A DNA stretch of 44,843 bases, taken from the NCBI GenBank assembly GCA_038255685.1, contig JBBSLC010000002.1:1-44843 (forward strand), given 5' to 3'. The notes under the pieces are model-generated. The model was not told the origin of the DNA and searched no databases. It saw nothing but the letters and a program-made list of their open reading frames with translations. Numbering within the stretch: the stretch's first letter is position 1; each line of letters starts with the position of its first letter. Both the position numbers and the translations under genes were made by a program. Source of the stretch: Acidimicrobiales bacterium. GTDB taxonomy: Bacteria > Actinomycetota > Acidimicrobiia > Acidimicrobiales > CADCSY01. Shown here one piece after another: positions 44,116 through 44,843 of this stretch.

Positions 44116-44644
44116 GCCGACCCGCCAGGTTCGCGAGACGTCCTGTCCGGCTGGTGACCCCCACCCTGGACCTGTTCGGCGTGGCCGCGCTGACGACTGG
44201 TGCGGGTGAGACCGAGGCTCATCGCCTCGCACACTTGGAACATGGCGCACCACGGCCACGCTTCAGCGAAGCGTTCGTCGTCGTGGTGCGAGGCGTCAAC
44301 CGCAGGGATCCGGGGTGTTCACCCTGACGCTGGGCGATAGGGACCGATGGGTGGACCCGAGCTCGAGACGAAACGAGGGATCGTCGTCCTCGATGACGGA
44401 GCCCGCCGCTGCGACCGGCATCCAGCAGGCAAGTCGACCTCGTCACGCTCGCTGGGGAGGTCCGCGAGGAGGCGAAGGAGCGCGAGCAGGAGGCTGAGGC
44501 TCGGGTCCGCATCTCGGGATGTGGGCGGAGGTGGCCGAGATCGGCGACCTCACCGTCGAGACGCTCGACCGCGCCGTTCCCCACGAGCTGCGGGGTGGGA
44601 CCAGGCGAGGGCTCGATGTCACACCCTCGGCGTAGGTTCTTCTC

Positions 44645-44843
44645 ATGGGCGAACACACGTTCGGGGACATCGACGAGGCGGCCACCTCCTTGGAGTCGAT
44701 CGTCAACGGCGTCGATGTCGCCACCCTGACCGGGCCTGGCGCCACCCGGCTGGCGCAACGCCTCGTCACCGCCGAACGAGTCCTCGCTGCGTGCCGGGCC
44801 CGGGCGCTGCGACGGGCGACCGAAGCGAACCAGTGGCGCCAAG
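44645..44843 (+). CDS. 5' end of a DUF222 / HNH-endonuclease (REP13E12-like) protein, partial
   Basis: ATG at 44645 and open to the window end. It reads MGEHTFGDIDEAATSLESIVNGVDVATLTGPGATRLAQRLVTAERVLAACRARALRRATEANQWRQ, with high G/C third positions. The N-terminus resembles DUF222 proteins. Confidence 0.5.
   Translation, partial: MGEHTFGDIDEAATSLESIVNGVDVATLTGPGATRLAQRLVTAERVLAACRARALRRATEANQWRQ

Noticed and set aside
1-44843. I scanned for CRISPR arrays, tRNA/rRNA genes, transposases, integrases and classic defence genes.
   Set aside because: I found no regularly spaced direct repeats, no T-loop-like GGTTCGAATCC context, and no long non-coding stretch. All gaps except 44116-44644 are under 210 bp. 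No recognisable mobile-element or defence-protein motifs appeared in any frame.

Overview
High-GC (about 70%) Actinomycetota chromosomal segment. It is almost fully coding, with about 55 CDS, many joined by ATGA/GTGA start-stop overlaps. I saw no rRNA, tRNA, CRISPR array or transposase. Gene calls rest on motifs read from the translations and on G/C third-position bias. Most long ORFs on the opposite strand or in other frames are high-GC shadow ORFs. Left to right: an ECF sigma / 4-TM partner / ABC operon; a small secreted His-rich protein; an FrhB-like F420 protein; an esterase-P450-ferredoxin-dienelactone hydrolase block; a MacB-type ABC pair; thiolase; TauE; UdgB; the actinobacterial phosphomutase/DUF3090/PI-kinase-like trio; an ALO-type FAD oxidase; etfBA; lipid kinase; GDPD. 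Then whiB1 with a perfect CRP box, convergent with an 8-gene same-strand array (DUF3107, two ArsA/Get3-like ATPases, an anchored Ig-like protein, desaturase, PP2C, PHP, PdtaS). Then DUF2064; a sensor-less histidine kinase with a receiver; an ATP-grasp plus B12-radical-SAM (CCAEP tail) pair; NfuA-like, DUF169, SRPBCC and LCP genes; a Cys-free Mrp; a SufR-like regulator with cysteine desulfurase; sulfotransferase; SEC-C MetAP; a sulfite-oxidase-like enzyme; SixA; an RsbW-like kinase; and the 5' end of a DUF222/HNH gene. The strongest directly visible novelty is a 63-nt intercistronic element present twice (15251-15313 on +, 28241-28303 on -; 60/63 nt identical). Each copy is a 20-codon mini-ORF whose ATG overlaps the upstream stop and whose TGA overlaps the downstream ATG, which is the design of mycobacterial MIRUs. 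Other leads: the uncharacterised ATP-grasp / CCAEP-tail radical SAM cassette, the Get3-like ATPase pair coupled to a C-terminally anchored protein, a cysteine-free Mrp homolog coupled to an LCP ligase, an ABC NBD-permease in-frame fusion, and a 25-codon hydrophobic micro-ORF.
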